NCBI GenBank assembly: GCA_025457615.1
Contig: JALOTZ010000003.1
Span: 17,614 to 81,613, forward strand
From: Verrucomicrobiota bacterium
GTDB taxonomy: Bacteria; Verrucomicrobiota; Verrucomicrobiia; Limisphaerales; DSYF01
Reading direction: 5' to 3'
Length of the DNA stretch: 64,000 nucleotides
In this document: positions 38,664-48,238 of the stretch, in pieces
How the letters are laid out: every line of letters starts with the position of its first letter
How positions within the stretch are numbered: position 1 is the stretch's first letter
Position numbers and translations under genes: made by a program
Notes under the pieces: generated by a model
What the model saw: only the letters and a program-made list of their open reading frames with translations
Databases searched by the model: none
Told to the model about the DNA's origin: nothing

Positions 38664-41030
38664 ATGACACGCTTACACCGCATCGGGAGGATCCTGGCCG
38701 GGTGGTTGGGCCTGAGCCTCGCAGGCACGCTCCCCGCCCAGGTGATCACGGACTTCAATCCGAAATACGGGTCGGCGGGGGATACGATCACCATCGACGG
38801 CAGCGGCTTTGCGTCCAATACGATCACGGTACGGTTCTGGAACGGCGTGGTGGCGGCCGGCCGGTACATCAACAGCGACTCGAAGATCACGGTGACGAAC
38901 GTGCCGGCGGGCATCTCGACGGGCCCCCTCAGCGTGCAGCGGGATGCGGGGGTGATCAACTATAGCGCAGACATCTTCGCCGTCATCAACCCCTGGGCGT
39001 TCATCGAGCGGATCGACCCCGACTACGGTGCGGTCGGGGACGGGGTGGACATTTACGGGGCGCATTTTGGCACCGCGCCGGTCGTCAAGTTCGGCGGGGT
39101 CACGGCGGTCGCGATCGCGGACGGCAACGGCACGCACATTACCACCTACGTTCCTTCCGGCGCGCCCAGCAATTCCACCCTGACGGTGACCGCGCTGGGC
39201 GGCACCGCCACCAATCCCGGGCCGTTCACCGTGGTGGGGGCGGGTCCGTACATCGACAGCTTCAGCCCGGAAGCCGGATCGGATACCCAGCCGGTGACGC
39301 TGACCGGACTCCACTTCACCGGCACAACCTCGGTGAAGTTCAACGGGGTCTCCGCCGCGTTTGACCCGGTGGTGAACGACAAGAAGATCGACACCTACGC
39401 CCCGTCCGGCGTCACCACCGGCCCGCTCTCCGTCACCACGACGCAAGGCACCCACACGACCAGCACGTTCTTCTACGGCCCGATCCGGCTCAAGGGATTC
39501 AACCCCTCCAGTGGGCCGGTGGGCACGCAGGTCTTGATCAGCGGCACCAACTTCACCGGGGCAACGTCCGTGCGGTTTGGCGGGTTCACGGGCGTGGCGG
39601 CTTCCTTCGTGGTGAGCAATAACACTCAGATCATGGCCACCGTTCCCACCAATGCGCCGACGGGCCTCCTCGTCATCGCGACCCCGGCCGGATCCCTGCC
39701 CACCTCGAGCAACTTTGTCGTCACCCCGAGCCTTCTCGGCTTCACGCCTGCGGCAGGGCCGGCGGGCACACCGGTCCAGATCACCGGCAGCCGGCTGGTG
39801 GACAACGGGGGCGGCGCGCCCGTGGTCAAGTTCGACGGCGTCAACGCCACCGTCAGCAGTTGGTCGGCGCAGCAGGTGGTGGCCGTGGCGCCGGCGTCCT
39901 CCTCGGGATTCATCACCCTGACCACGGCGGACGGGAGCAGCACCTCGGCCACGATTTTCTATTACCCGCCCCAGATCACCGGGTTCACGCCCAATGCGGA
40001 TCCGCCGGGATCCACGGTGACCATCACGGGGCAGAGCCTGACCAACGCCAGCGGGGTGTTGTTCAACGGGGTTCCCTCGACCAACCTCACCGTTTTGAGC
40101 AACACCTCGATCCAGGCGGTGGTGCCCCCTGGTTTAACCACCGGGCCCATCACAGTCACCACGCCGGGGGGCACCACGAACAGTGCGGCCCTGTACTATG
40201 CGGCGCCCGCGATCAGCGCCTTTGCGCCGAATGCCGGCGGGCCGGGAACGAGCGTGACCGTCTTCGGCAGCAGCTTCCAGGGAACCACCGCGGTGAAGTT
40301 CAACGGCACCGACGCGTCCTTCAGCAGTGTCACGCCCAGCCAGTTGACGGCGGTGGTGCCCGCCGGAGCATCCACCGGACCCATCTCCGTCACCGCCCCG
40401 GCCGGGACGGCCACCAGCGCCGAGGCATTCGTGGTGCCGCAAGTGAGCGATCTGCGCGTCAACACCTTCCTCCACGCCCCCAACCCGGTCACGGTCGGGG
40501 AGGATCTGACGCTGACCATTGTCCCCTCCAATGACGGTCCCAACACCGCCTCGAATGTGACCGCCTCGGTGACGGTGGCGCCCGGGATGGTCGTCAAATC
40601 CGCCGGGTCCACCACCCCCGGAGTCACCGTGAACACCAACGGCAACCCGGTGGTGTTTAACCTTGGCCGGATGACCGTGTTCAGCAACCCCACGCTGGTC
40701 CTGGTGCTGGTGCCGCAGGCGAACGGGCTGGCGACCAATACGGTCGTTTTCACCAGCACCATGTTTGATCCCAACCCAGCCAACAACACCGACTCGCGCG
40801 TCACCACCGTGCTGCCGGCCCCGGAACTGAGCATCGGCACCCTTGAATCAAACCAGGTGCGGGTCGCCTGGCCTGTCGAACTCACCAACTGGACGCTCCA
40901 GTCCACCACCCTGCTCACCAACAGTGCGGCCTGGTCGGCCGTGCCCACGCCACCTGTCATTGAAGGCAACGAACGGGTGATGACCGAACCCCGCACCGGC
41001 GCCACAAAGTTCTACCGCCTTCAGAAGTAG
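38664..41030 (+). CDS. IPT/TIG-repeat surface protein with a DUF11-like domain and a C-terminal beta module
   Basis: 788 aa from MTRLHRIG with a signal peptide. It has at least 7 repeats of the G-x-x-G-x-x-V/I-T-I/V-x-G-x-x-F type (YGSAGDTITIDGSGF, SGPVGTQVLISGTNF and others). The longest ORF begins at 38217 inside the alpha-2-macroglobulin gene. Confidence 0.85.
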   Translation: MTRLHRIGRILAGWLGLSLAGTLPAQVITDFNPKYGSAGDTITIDGSGFASNTITVRFWNGVVAAGRYINSDSKITVTNVPAGISTGPLSVQRDAGVINYSADIFAVINPWAFIERIDPDYGAVGDGVDIYGAHFGTAPVVKFGGVTAVAIADGNGTHITTYVPSGAPSNSTLTVTALGGTATNPGPFTVVGAGPYIDSFSPEAGSDTQPVTLTGLHFTGTTSVKFNGVSAAFDPVVNDKKIDTYAPSGVTTGPLSVTTTQGTHTTSTFFYGPIRLKGFNPSSGPVGTQVLISGTNFTGATSVRFGGFTGVAASFVVSNNTQIMATVPTNAPTGLLVIATPAGSLPTSSNFVVTPSLLGFTPAAGPAGTPVQITGSRLVDNGGGAPVVKFDGVNATVSSWSAQQVVAVAPASSSGFITLTTADGSSTSATIFYYPPQITGFTPNADPPGSTVTITGQSLTNASGVLFNGVPSTNLTVLSNTSIQAVVPPGLTTGPITVTTPGGTTNSAALYYAAPAISAFAPNAGGPGTSVTVFGSSFQGTTAVKFNGTDASFSSVTPSQLTAVVPAGASTGPISVTAPAGTATSAEAFVVPQVSDLRVNTFLHAPNPVTVGEDLTLTIVPSNDGPNTASNVTASVTVAPGMVVKSAGSTTPGVTVNTNGNPVVFNLGRMTVFSNPTLVLVLVPQANGLATNTVVFTSTMFDPNPANNTDSRVTTVLPAPELSIGTLESNQVRVAWPVELTNWTLQSTTLLTNSAAWSAVPTPPVIEGNERVMTEPRTGATKFYRLQK

Positions 41031-41068
41031 GCCGGACGGGAGCCCAGACTGGCGTCGGACTGCTGGAT

Positions 41069-41235
41069 GGGTGCATCTGGACACTGCCCTCGAACGCAAT
41101 TCTGGCCGGGGCGCGGCATTCATGCCGCTTCAGCATTCGCCAGCCCGCAGAACAAGCGTTTCATCGCGTGCCCTTCGGAGTTCGGGTTGAAGCGGCCTGA
41201 AGGCCGCCCTCCGGGGGCAGTGTCCAGATGCACCC
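41069..41235. mobile_element. MITE-like palindromic element, family C, copy 2
   Basis: It has 21-bp terminal inverted repeats gggtgcatctggacactgccc ... gggcagtgtccagatgcaccc and is 167 nt long. It is inverted relative to copy 1 and has no coding capacity. Confidence 0.75.
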
Positions 41236-41241
41236 CCGCTG

Positions 41242-41262
41242 GATTTAGAATTATTCCAAATC
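41242..41262. promoter_or_regulatory. Fur/PerR-box-like 10-1-10 palindrome
   Basis: GATTTAGAAT-T-ATTCCAAATC has one mismatch between arms. Its core TTAGAATTATTCCAA resembles the 7-1-7 Fur/PerR consensus. It abuts the -35 hexamer of the fur-sufBC promoter candidate. Confidence 0.5.
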
Positions 41263-41290
41263 TTGACAGGTCACCCGCCGGGTTTACCGT
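41263..41290 (+). promoter_or_regulatory. candidate sigma70-type promoter of fur-sufBC
   Basis: There is a perfect TTGACA at 41263-41268, a 16-nt spacer, then TACCGT at 41285-41290. The predicted transcription start lies only a few nt before the ATG at 41301, giving a near-leaderless mRNA. Confidence 0.35.
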
Positions 41291-41300
41291 GTCGCCGGCC

Positions 41301-41759
41301 ATGCGCAGTGCATCCCGCAAACAGGACCAGGAGCCGTTGACGCAACGGCTGACGGACGGGGGGTTCCGGTTCACCCCGCAGCGGGAGCACGTGTACACCG
41401 TCCTGACGGAGAGGCGGGATCATCCCACGGCGGAGGAAGTGTTCATCCGGGCGAAGAAGGGGATGCCGGAAATCTCGCTGGCCACGGTTTACAACTGCCT
41501 GGACGCCCTGGTGAAGTGCGGCCTGGTCAAGCAGGTGGCGGTGCAGCGCGGCGCGGCGCGGTTCTGCCCCAACATGGAAGAGCACGGACATTTTTATTGC
41601 GATGTGTGCGGGTCGGTGTTTGACATGGAACTGCCCGCCGGACAGGGGGCCCCGGTGACCATGCCGAAGGGGTTCACGGTGGACCATTACGAGATCGCCG
41701 CGCACGGGTTCTGCCCCGATTGCGGGGCGCGGAAGAAGAACGTGGAAACAATTTCATGA
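41301..41759 (+). CDS. Fur-family transcriptional regulator (Fur/PerR-like)
   Basis: 152 aa. It has a winged-helix segment ([12 protein letters not shown] ... [16 protein letters not shown]), a metal site [10 protein letters not shown] and a C-terminal CPDC. Its stop overlaps the sufB ATG. Confidence 0.85.
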   Translation: MRSASRKQDQEPLTQRLTDGGFRFTPQREHVYTVLTERRDHPTAEEVFIRAKKGMPEISLATVYNCLDALVKCGLVKQVAVQRGAARFCPNMEEHGHFYCDVCGSVFDMELPAGQGAPVTMPKGFTVDHYEIAAHGFCPDCGARKKNVETIS

Positions 41760-43204
41760 GCGACGACGCCCACAGCATCGAGACGCTGGTCAAAACGGAA
41801 TACAAGTACGGGTTCGTGACCGAGATCGAATCCGAGTCTGCGCCCCCGGGGCTGAACGAGGACGTCATCCGGATGATCTCCCGGAAGAAGGAGGAGCCGG
41901 ACTGGATGTTGGAATGGCGCCTGAAGGCCTACCGGCACTGGCTGACCCTGACCGAGCCCACCTGGCCGCAGGTGAAGCATCCGCCGGTGGACTACCAGGC
42001 CATCAGCTATTATTCCGCTCCGAAACAGAAAGGGGAGGGCCCCAAGAGCCTGGCGGAGGTGGATCCGAAGTTGTTGGAAACCTACGAGAAGCTGGGCATC
42101 CCCCTGCGGGAACAGGAACGCCTGGCCGGGGTGGCGGTGGATGCGGTGTTCGACAGCGTCTCCGTGGGCACGACTTTCAAGGATCAACTGGCCGAGAAGG
42201 GCATCCTCTTCTGCTCGATGAGCGAGGCGGTGCGCGAGCATCCCGCGCTGGTCAAAAAGTACATCGGGTCGGTGGTGCCCTACACGGACAACTTTTTCGC
42301 CGCGCTGAACTCGGCGGTCTTCAGCGACGGTTCGTTCTGCTACATCCCCAGGGGCGTGCGGTGCCCGATGGAGCTGTCCACCTACTTCCGCATCAACGCC
42401 TCCAACACCGGCCAGTTCGAGCGCACGTTGATTGTGGCGGAGGAGGGCAGTTACGTCAGCTACCTGGAGGGTTGCACGGCTCCGATGCGTGATGAGAACC
42501 AACTGCACGCCGCGGTGGTCGAGCTGGTCGCCCTGGACCACGCGGAGATCAAGTATTCGACGGTGCAGAACTGGTATCCCGGCGACGAGGAAGGGCGCGG
42601 CGGCATCTACAACTTTGTGACCAAGCGCGGGCTGTGCAAGGGGCGCAAGTCCAAGATCTCCTGGACCCAGGTGGAGACCGGCTCCGCCATCACCTGGAAG
42701 TACCCCAGTTGCATCCTGTTGGGCGAGGGTTCGACCGGGGAATTCTATTCCGTGGCGGTGGTGAACAACCGGCAGCAGGCCGACACCGGCACCAAAATGG
42801 TGCACATCGGCAGAAACACCCGCAGCACCATCGTGTCCAAGGGCATCTCCGCCGGCCAGGGCCAGAACAGTTACCGGGGGCTGGTCGAGATCCGCAAGGG
42901 CGCGGCCAACGCGCGCAATTTCTCGCAGTGCGACTCGATGCTCATCGGCGCCCGGTGCGGCGCCCACACCTTCCCCTACATCGAGGTGAAGAACACCAGT
43001 TCCAGCGTGGAACACGAGGCCACCACGTCCAAGATCGGCGAGGACCAGATCTTCTACTGCAACCAGCGGGGCATCCAGACCCAGGACGCGGTGAACATGA
43101 TTGTGAACGGCTTCTGCAAGGAAGTGTTCAAGGAACTGCCCATGGAATTCGCCGTGGAAGCGCAAAAACTCCTGGGCGTAAGCCTGGAGGGGAGTGTCGG
43201 ATAA
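41756..43204 (+). CDS. sufB: Fe-S cluster assembly scaffold protein SufB
   Basis: 482 aa. It has strong SufB signatures ([47 protein letters not shown]). Confidence 0.95.
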   Translation: MSDDAHSIETLVKTEYKYGFVTEIESESAPPGLNEDVIRMISRKKEEPDWMLEWRLKAYRHWLTLTEPTWPQVKHPPVDYQAISYYSAPKQKGEGPKSLAEVDPKLLETYEKLGIPLREQERLAGVAVDAVFDSVSVGTTFKDQLAEKGILFCSMSEAVREHPALVKKYIGSVVPYTDNFFAALNSAVFSDGSFCYIPRGVRCPMELSTYFRINASNTGQFERTLIVAEEGSYVSYLEGCTAPMRDENQLHAAVVELVALDHAEIKYSTVQNWYPGDEEGRGGIYNFVTKRGLCKGRKSKISWTQVETGSAITWKYPSCILLGEGSTGEFYSVAVVNNRQQADTGTKMVHIGRNTRSTIVSKGISAGQGQNSYRGLVEIRKGAANARNFSQCDSMLIGARCGAHTFPYIEVKNTSSSVEHEATTSKIGEDQIFYCNQRGIQTQDAVNMIVNGFCKEVFKELPMEFAVEAQKLLGVSLEGSVG

Positions 43205-43295
43205 CCCCCGGCAAACCGCCGATGGACATGGACCAACCCGGATCAACCCGTCAGACATATTCCTGCCGGCCCAAAGCGGCCGGGAGATTCAAGAC

Positions 43296-44066
<771 letters not shown>

Positions 44067-44177
44067 TTCCCGGCCCGGCAGGCCGGGATCGCGACGGGGG
44101 GGAGCGCAATTCGGCGTGGACGGCGGTTTGAGCGCGGGCTTGCCCGTGTTTGCCGGCCAAGGTTAGCCTCCACCGGC

Positions 44178-45305
44178 ATGCGACTGCTCGATCGGTATCT
44201 GCTCCGCGAGCTGATGACGCCGTTGAGCTTCTGTCTCGGCGGCTTCTTTCTCTTCTGGATTTCATTCGACCTGTTCAGCGAGCTGGACGACTTCCAGGAA
44301 CGGGGCGTGGGCCTGGCCCGCATCGCTTGGTATTACCTGCTGGAGAGCCCGAGCTTTCTGCGCCTGGTGCTGCCGATGGGTCTCCTGCTGGCCATGCTCT
44401 ACACCCTCACACGACACGCGCGCCACAACGAGATCACGGCCATCCGCGCCGCCGGCATCAGTCTCGGGCGCCTTTGCCTGCCCTACCTGGCGGTGGGCGT
44501 GGGGTGCAGCCTCACCCTGTTTGCGTTGAACGAGCGATGGGCTCCGGAATGGTCGGCGCGCGCCCAGCAGATCCGCTCGGCCAGCCCGGAACCGGGAGAC
44601 AGCGCATCCTCCAGCCCCATCGCCCGCCAGTTGGGGTTTGAAAACACCCGGGACGGCCGCCGCTGGATGATCGAGCGTTACGATGTCGAACACGAGGTCA
44701 TGTATCGGCCCCAGGTCCATTGGTATGGGGCGGATGGCCGCCAACGCTCGGTTTACGCGGAGCAGGGCGTGTACACCAACGGGACCTGGCTGTTTCTCAA
44801 CGCGCGCGAGTACCTGGATGCGGGCCTGGACGATCGTCTGCTCCAGCCCACCCGGCTGACCAATGTGCTCGACATGACGATGCTCAACGAAACCCCCGCC
44901 CAGATCCGGAGTGAAGTCTGGATCAGCAAACGCCTGAGCCGGCTGTCCGACACGAAGGAGGCGGACGTGCCCTTGTCGGTCATTCTGAACTACCTGCGGC
45001 TGCATCCGCAGCCGGACCGCCGGATCTCGCCCTGGATACACACCATGCTGCACGCCCGGCTGGCCTCTCCGTGGACCTGTTTGGTCGTCGTTCTCATCGC
45101 CATTCCCTTTGCCGGGGCCACCGGGCGCCAGAACCTGTTCGTCGGGGTGGCCAGCAGCATCGGCATCTGCTTTGCCTTCTTCGTGCTCGAACAGTTCAGC
45201 ATTGCGCTGGGCGCCGGAGGCCACCTCCCCCCCTGGCTGGCCGCCTGGCTCCCCAATCTGGCCTTCTCCAGCCTCGCCTTGGGCCTGATCCTGCGAATCC
45301 GATGA
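44178..45305 (+). CDS. LptF/LptG-family (YjgP/YjgQ) permease
   Basis: 375 aa. The N-terminus MRLLDRYLLRELMTPLSFCLGGFFLFW is typical of the family, and it has 6 hydrophobic segments with a large periplasmic loop. Confidence 0.85.
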   Translation: MRLLDRYLLRELMTPLSFCLGGFFLFWISFDLFSELDDFQERGVGLARIAWYYLLESPSFLRLVLPMGLLLAMLYTLTRHARHNEITAIRAAGISLGRLCLPYLAVGVGCSLTLFALNERWAPEWSARAQQIRSASPEPGDSASSSPIARQLGFENTRDGRRWMIERYDVEHEVMYRPQVHWYGADGRQRSVYAEQGVYTNGTWLFLNAREYLDAGLDDRLLQPTRLTNVLDMTMLNETPAQIRSEVWISKRLSRLSDTKEADVPLSVILNYLRLHPQPDRRISPWIHTMLHARLASPWTCLVVVLIAIPFAGATGRQNLFVGVASSIGICFAFFVLEQFSIALGAGGHLPPWLAAWLPNLAFSSLALGLILRIR

Positions 45306-47077
45306 GCCCCCGGAAACGCATCCCGCCGGCTCAGGCTCCCGCCGCCACGGACACGCTCGAGTCCCTGCGCGCGCGCTGTGCCCGACTCGAGCGGCTCTAC
45401 CAGGTCAGCAACCGCATCCATTCCACACTCGATCCCCAGGAGGCGCTCACCTTGATCGTCACCGAAGCGGTCCGCTTCATGAACGCCAGCAGCGGCTCCC
45501 TCGCCCTGGTCAATCCCAATACCAATCTGCTGGAAATCCATGCCTCCTGCGGGCGCTCCGACGACGACGCCCCCGTGGTCCCGCTGAAAATCGGGGAGGG
45601 CGTGACGGGCTGGGTCGCCAGCACCGGACGCGCCGCGCGCGTGGATGACGTGACCCAGGATCCGCGTTACGTGAAGGTCCGCGCGGAGACCCGGTCCGAG
45701 CTGGCCGTGCCGCTGGAAGTGAACGGGGAAACCCGCGGGGTCCTGAATGTGGATTCCGACCGGCTGGCCGGCTTCTCGGCCGAGGACGAGGCCCTGCTGG
45801 TCGAGCTGGCGACCCAGGCGGCCAAGGTCATCCACAACACCTGGCTGTATGAACAGTTGCGCTTGAAGGCGCGCCTCTTTGAAGCCCTGTCGCGCGTCGG
45901 CCAGGTCATCAACTCGACGGTCAACGTCAACGAGGCCCTGCAGGTCATCGTGCGTGAGACGTGCCAGCTCATGCGGGCCAAAGTGTGCTCGCTCATGCTG
46001 CTCGACCAGTCCCGGACCCGGCTGGAACTGCAGGCCTCCCACGGGGCCGGAACCGCCTATCGCCACAAGCCACCCCTGGAGGTCGCCGAAAGCATGCTGG
46101 GGGTGGTGGTGCGCCGGCGGCGGCCCTTGCAGATCGACAACGTGCAGACCTCCAGTCGGTACCAGAACATCGCGGTGGCCATCGAGGAAGGCCTGGTGTC
46201 CCTCCTCAGCGTCCCGCTGATGTTCAGCGGGGAGGCCATCGGCACCCTCACCATCTACACCGCGCAGCCCTACCATTTCTCAAACGAGGAAATCCAGATC
46301 CTGTCCGCCCTCGCGGAATTGTCCGCCGTAGCCATCGAGAAGGCCCGGCTCTACGAACGCGCGGTCGATGTCGAGGAGCAGTTGCGGCGCAACGAAAAGC
46401 TCTCCGCCCTCGGGCTCCTGGCGGCCGAGGTGGCCCACGAGATCCGCAATCCGCTGACGGTGATGAAGATGCTCTACCATTCGCTCGACCTGCGCTTTCC
46501 CGAGCCGGACGCCCGGGCCAAGGATGCGCGCCTCATCGGGGAAAAGATGGAGCACTTGAACCGCATCGTGGAGCGTGTCCTGGACCTCTCACGCAATGCC
46601 GAGCCGTCCTTCTCCCGGGTCAACCTGAACGCCCTCGTCGAGGAGCTTGGCTTGCTGGTGCGACACAAGCTCCGCAACCAGGCCATCACCTTGGTCCCCC
46701 AACTGGACCCGGCCCTGCCCGACATCGTCGCCGACGCCACCCAGATCGAGCAGGTGCTGTTGAACCTGATGCTCAACGCGATGGAAGCCATGCCGGCTGG
46801 CGGGCGGCTGACCCTCCGCACCTCGCCCGTGCCCGCTCCCGGCGGCGCCGAGGGCCCGGGCTGGGTCCGGTTCCAGGTGGAGGACACCGGTCAAGGCATG
46901 TGCCGGGAGGACCGCGAGAAGGCCTTCACCAGCCTGCTCAACACCACGAAAGCGGGCGGGACCGGTCTGGGCCTGGCGATCGTGGGCCGGATCGTCGAGG
47001 CGCACCGCGGAACCATCGAAGTCCAGTCCGAGCCGGGCGCCGGCACGGTCGTGACGGTCTGCCTCCCAGGCTTCTGA
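45302..47077 (+). CDS. soluble tandem-GAF sensor histidine kinase
   Basis: 591 aa from MSPRKRI. Its ATG overlaps the upstream TGA. It has two GAF-like domains, the H-box AHEIRNPLTV, the N-box LNLMLNAMEAM and the G-box GTGLGLAIV. No TM helix and no adjacent response regulator. Confidence 0.9.
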   Translation: MSPRKRIPPAQAPAATDTLESLRARCARLERLYQVSNRIHSTLDPQEALTLIVTEAVRFMNASSGSLALVNPNTNLLEIHASCGRSDDDAPVVPLKIGEGVTGWVASTGRAARVDDVTQDPRYVKVRAETRSELAVPLEVNGETRGVLNVDSDRLAGFSAEDEALLVELATQAAKVIHNTWLYEQLRLKARLFEALSRVGQVINSTVNVNEALQVIVRETCQLMRAKVCSLMLLDQSRTRLELQASHGAGTAYRHKPPLEVAESMLGVVVRRRRPLQIDNVQTSSRYQNIAVAIEEGLVSLLSVPLMFSGEAIGTLTIYTAQPYHFSNEEIQILSALAELSAVAIEKARLYERAVDVEEQLRRNEKLSALGLLAAEVAHEIRNPLTVMKMLYHSLDLRFPEPDARAKDARLIGEKMEHLNRIVERVLDLSRNAEPSFSRVNLNALVEELGLLVRHKLRNQAITLVPQLDPALPDIVADATQIEQVLLNLMLNAMEAMPAGGRLTLRTSPVPAPGGAEGPGWVRFQVEDTGQGMCREDREKAFTSLLNTTKAGGTGLGLAIVGRIVEAHRGTIEVQSEPGAGTVVTVCLPGF

Positions 47078-47097
47078 ACACGGCGCAACCCCGGGCC

Positions 47098-47940
47098 TCA
47101 GCCCCCCACGAGCCGCTGCCAGAGTTCGGCGAAGGCGGCCACCCCGCCGAACGCCAGCAAACCGAAGTAGCCAAGCGAGACCGCAAACGTCACCAACCCG
47201 CCCAGAAACACCACACCATCCTCCTCGAACGATCCGGCCGCCAGCAGCGCCGCCGCGGCGCCCGGAAAGAAGTTGCTCATCGGCACCGGCACCGGCAGCA
47301 GGAGCTTCAAACCGCACAGCGCGATCAACACGCCTCCCAGACATTGAAACACCGCGTGCCGGTAGAAGAACCGCAACCGCGGTTTGGAGATCCGCTCAAA
47401 CGCGCCGACCAGCCGGCTGCTGGCGCGCAGCACCTTGGGCAGCAGACGCGGCGGAAGCTCGCGGTTCAACAGGCCGCCGGGCAGATGCGGCTTCTGCCCC
47501 AGCGCAAGGCGGAACCCGATCAGGGCGAGCACCACCCCGACCACGGTCGAGTAGCCCGGCAGCGGAATCGGTGTCAGAAAAGGCAGGCAGAGCAGCACGA
47601 TCAACAACCGGTATCCGCGGCCGTGCAGCACGTCCACCACCTCGCCCAGCCGCACCGGGCCCTCTTGGAAATGTTCCGCCAGCGCCTTCAGATCCGCGGA
47701 CAGAACGCGGGTCGAGGCGGGTGCGCCTTTCGCATCCCGCTGCGCACTGTGCGCTTCTCCCCCGCTGGCTCCGCCGTTCGTCACGCTTGCTTCGCTCCCG
47801 GGCTGGTGACGGGGCGGAGGCCCCGAGGCGGCGCGCTGGGCAGGCGGACACCGAGAATTGGGAGTTGGGATTCGAGGAGGCACCATGGGCGCGCCAATCC
47901 CGACTCTGCTGCCACCCTGTCGTTCATGCGCAAACACCAC
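47098..47940 (-). CDS. exoD: ExoD-family membrane protein
   Basis: The core LGEVVDVLHGRGYRLLIVLLCLPFLTPIPLPGYSTVVG resembles the exopolysaccharide synthesis ExoD family. An N-terminal Pro/Gly-rich stretch of about 80 aa makes the true start uncertain. Confidence 0.7.
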   Translation of the reverse strand: MVFAHERQGGSRVGIGAPMVPPRIPTPNSRCPPAQRAASGPPPRHQPGSEASVTNGGASGGEAHSAQRDAKGAPASTRVLSADLKALAEHFQEGPVRLGEVVDVLHGRGYRLLIVLLCLPFLTPIPLPGYSTVVGVVLALIGFRLALGQKPHLPGGLLNRELPPRLLPKVLRASSRLVGAFERISKPRLRFFYRHAVFQCLGGVLIALCGLKLLLPVPVPMSNFFPGAAAALLAAGSFEEDGVVFLGGLVTFAVSLGYFGLLAFGGVAAFAELWQRLVGG

Positions 47941-48238
47941 AGCACCCCAGGCTGGAAGTCAAGGTCAGGCCCGCAGGATCAACCCGGCGCAACTCTTCAG
48001 CCTGGTGCGCGGCGGGAAGGCGGGCGCAACGGAGTGACCCCAGTGCGCTGCCTTCGCGGGACAATCCCAGCCTTGGAGCGTCAAGCGCTGAGTCCTTACC
48101 AACTTTGGGAACGCCGGATTTATCCGGCAGAACGGCTGGCTGAAGTCGGCGTTCAGTGGGAAACGCTCTCGTCGTCCACGGGAGAATCCCCTGAGCACTG
48201 CCATGAGGTTCAGGCACCAACCGGCGCCCCGCAGCCCG

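Noticed and set aside
44068-44088. GC-rich hairpins after sufC (tcccggcc-cggca-ggccggga). Similar short stems follow the GH94-like gene (3329-3346), cls (about 56315-56337) and the alpha-2-macroglobulin gene.
   Set aside because: The stems are only 6-8 bp with no following U-tract. They cannot be distinguished from chance palindromes in GC-rich DNA.
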